From Selaginella moellendorffii (taxonomy: Eukaryota > Plantae > Lycopodiophyta), in the NCBI RefSeq assembly GCF_000143415.4, contig NW_003314320.1:815159-879158 (forward strand): 64,000 bases of DNA, in the 5' to 3' direction. Position 1 is the first letter of the stretch, and each line of letters starts with the position of its first letter. The translations under genes were made by a program, and so were the position numbers. Under the pieces are notes generated by a model. That model was not told the DNA's origin, searched no databases, and was given only the letters and a program-made list of their open reading frames with translations. This document shows positions 61,301 to 64,000 of the stretch, piece by piece.

Positions 61301-63015
61301 GTTGTTGACATTGTTGATGTTGAGATTCAAATGAGATGAGATGTCTCTTTATAAGATTGATATTGAGTTTCATTAGTCTTAATGGAGATAGTGTTGATGG
61401 TTTGGTTATAGCTTTATGTTGTTAGCATTCATGCATTTGCTAGTTAGCAACTATGTTAGCGTTCAAACGAGCTGAGTGGTAAGTTTGAGTTAGTTGTGTT
61501 CTAGACGAGATTATTTAGTAGAGGGTTGAGCTTCGGCTTTTCCTTGAAAAGTGATTCAGTCATGGACTATGCTAGCTTTACGAAAGGATGAGTTAATGAT
61601 CAATATTAGAATGTTTGAATCCTTGTTGGATTTAAGTTAGGATATATTGATCATTGATGATTCTTTTTGTGCTTGTTATAAAGTGAGTTATGTCTTGCTA
61701 TAGCTGGATTCATGGAGGATTGTTTAGTGGTCACTTGTTGAGCATAGTTTCATTATGTTTGGTTTTTGGATTGATGCAAATCTGCTCTTCATTAGCTTTG
61801 CATTATGAAATTTTGCTTATGGAAGTGTTGAAGAGGATATTGTGGGTTGTACCATGATTTTTCTTTAGCATTGACATCAGTTCATGCGAAACTCGTGATT
61901 ATTATTAGGCAAGACTTGGCTATAGACTTCTTCAAGCTTTTGGTTCTTTGAGTTTTCATGCTCATTGTTCCATTTGTTAGGAGTTGTTGGGGGAAGGCAT
62001 TTTGGCTCATTAGCTTCGATGTTGACGTTAGTATTTGCATCTAGCAATTATTGGTGATGCTTGACTATCATCTAAGATAATTGATTATCCTTGTCAAGGG
62101 TTTTGCTTGATTATTGTTAGTATGGAATTATTTGCTATTCTTTGGGATGGTAGATTCTTGCTTGACGATGATTTGGCACATCTTTTTGATAGGATAATTG
62201 ATGATCTTTCATGATGGTTAGTTGTTCTCTTTGATAACTTTTGGCTTTTCGCAATACCACATGTTCTTTGTGGTTTGCTTTGGATTGGTCTCTTGGGTTT
62301 GAGACATCAGTAGGATGTTGCTGACACTTGCTTAGGCAACTTGAGTTCCTTAGTACTGTTGGCTGGGATCTATTCAGATTAGCTTTTGTGATAGTTGGTA
62401 GGAATGAGTGTTTGTTGGTCTTACCGCATTCATTCTATTCTGTTGATTGTTGTTCGAGTTAGTTTTGATAGATTTGGATGTTATTTCCTTTGGGTGATAC
62501 AATCGTGAGCATTTTGTTTGTTAGTCAATGATACTTCGTGTTCTTTGAGTTATCTTTCGTAAGTTGTTTAGCATTCTATCTGCAATCTTTAATAGTTAAA
62601 CTTTATCATTGAGTTTCTTTGATGATATACTTACTATTGAATTTTGTTGGATGGTGATTCCTATGTTTACCACTTATGATGATCTTGATGGTTCCTATCC
62701 TATAATACTAGTTTATCGGATGATAACTTGCTTGGAATACTTTTGTGTTCTAATCTAAGATATATTCACTGATAATTAAGTCTCTAAAATATCATTGTCT
62801 ATGACTTTGATATTGTCCATCTATTAATCTTTGAGTTTGGGCCAGTATAGACAGACTGACTTCGGCACTTCGTGTGTATGTTGAAATCTCTAGTCATGGG
62901 GTAGATACTGTCGACTGGTCATATAACCCGCTTCTTTGTCGATGTTCCTTATTCCGTTAAAAGGGCATGACCGTGTAAACAACTCTAACTGCCTGTTTAC
63001 AGTAGTCTATCTAAA
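58400..63015 (-). mobile_element. Very old, degenerate retroelement-like sequence
   Basis: Strong strand-biased composition and faint pol-like remnants; no intact motifs. Confidence 0.4.
59778..60344 (-). mobile_element. Second Cassandra-type TRIM with TSD TTGAA; PBS deleted
   Basis: Two LTRs (59778-59971 and ~60152-60344) homologous to 1617-1811; TTGAA at 59773-59777 and 60345-60349; the PBS segment present in copy 1 is missing near 60150. Confidence 0.88.
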
Positions 63016-63594
63016 TGTAAGCGACTAAATTTTCCATTTTACTTTAGTCACTTAACCACACCTCCGACCACTTGGAGGAGTCTCAATCACAACCTCCATA
63101 AGTCCATTTCAGGACTTGGGACTTGTTAGCCCCGAGAATGGCATCCATGCCACTCAACATTTGCACTTGGTCCAAGTGCCCCACGTGTCCGATCCCATGA
63201 CTGACACTCAAAAGTACCACTGACATGGCAGCCTGTTACGCTAAGGCCATGCCCAATCACCTTTGCCACACTGGTAGTCCAATACCACTTGTATCACAGT
63301 CTTGGCTCTCCAAGACTAGGCAAACCATCCGTGAGTGGTCATCTCAGATCCACTCCTTAGCATCCTTAGGATGCCCACCGACAAGGAGAATAGCCTTCCC
63401 CAATATCCCTCTGTCAGTCCTTACTAAGTCCCTTTCTGCCCCTGGCCGTGTTTGCCAACACTGCCATTGGATCGAGGCCCACAGGCCCGACCACTAAGTC
63501 CCACAGTCCTCTGGGACTTCCTCACCACACGACTGTGTCCTTGGTCACTACCCCAGAAGATTGCTCCTCTTCCTTTCCTCAGTCTGGGCCTTTG
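63016..63594 (-). mobile_element. LTR A fragment interrupted by the DNA transposon
   Basis: Starts TGTAAGCGACTAAAT (reverse complement of the LTR A end); homology stops abruptly at ...GGGCCTTTG 63594. Confidence 0.9.
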
Positions 63595-64000
63595 AAGCTC
63601 TATTTCGTTAAAGTGGGAATTGTCATTATCCCACTTGTAAAATAAGGTTTCCAAACCTTTATATAGTATATAAATATAACAAAATTCAACTGCATTGAGG
63701 CACATGCCATTTTATTTTAAACAAGGAAATGTCTACTCAATCACTTCTCACTGCTTCACCTCTCTCTTCTCCTTGTCATCGTCGTCCAATTTCTTTCCAT
63801 CCTTTTAATATTGGCTCAGTTGCTCCGAGTCTAGGTGGAGCCCAAGTCCCCATTCAATCTTTACTTTCCCCTTATTAATAAAACAACTTCGTAGACTTCC
63901 AATAACATGCTGTAAATGCAAATCCTCTCAAAGAATTGTCTTTTAATATTAATACAATGGCATGGAACCCCATGCCATAATAAGTTACATTTTTAAATAA
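63595..64000 (-). mobile_element. Terminal 406 bp of a second copy of the Sola-like element
   Basis: Reverse complement of ~40055-40484 with two small indels; includes a palindrome copy at 63957. Confidence 0.92.

Noticed and set aside
40055-64000. 40055-40484 and 63595-64000 as TIRs of one element enclosing the 23 kb between them
   Set aside because: The termini face each other with element bodies pointing outward, and copy 2 interrupts an LTR, so these are two separate insertions

Overview
Eukaryotic plant genomic DNA. The many ~40-60 nt GT-AG introns, compact genes, plant gene families and TTTAGGG repeats suggest a lycophyte such as Selaginella (inference). Layout: (1) 1-8.2 kb is nested retroelement debris, including a 5S-rRNA-bearing Cassandra-type TRIM. 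(2) 8.8-22.6 kb is a gene island: TBC Rab-GAP, RWP-RK/RKD transcription factor, NADAR pseudogene, DIS3-like RNB exonuclease, BORCS5-like gene and an A-type CYP450. (3) 23.7-64 kb is a transposon nest, with a 100-N gap at 26641-26740. The standout is a >=13.7 kb DNA-transposon-like element (26741-40484), with the end of a second copy inserted into an LTR at 63595. It encodes a Sola-like DDD/E transposase and, divergently, one reconstructable 10-exon gene of ~1640 codons. That gene fuses a ParB/Srx-like domain, a degenerate beta-class DNA amino-methyltransferase fold, an acidic linker and an FCP1/NIF-type HAD phosphatase domain. The element carries about 30 copies of a 22-bp palindrome (ATGGCRTGWGGCCWCAYGCCAT), not seen outside the two copies, in introns, intergenic DNA and even in-frame in exons. 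This is a candidate parS/ParB-like or VANC-like self-recognition system. A second unusual observation is a chromovirus LTR retrotransposon family whose integrase is split by small spliceosomal introns. All domain assignments are by eye from motifs; no searches were run.
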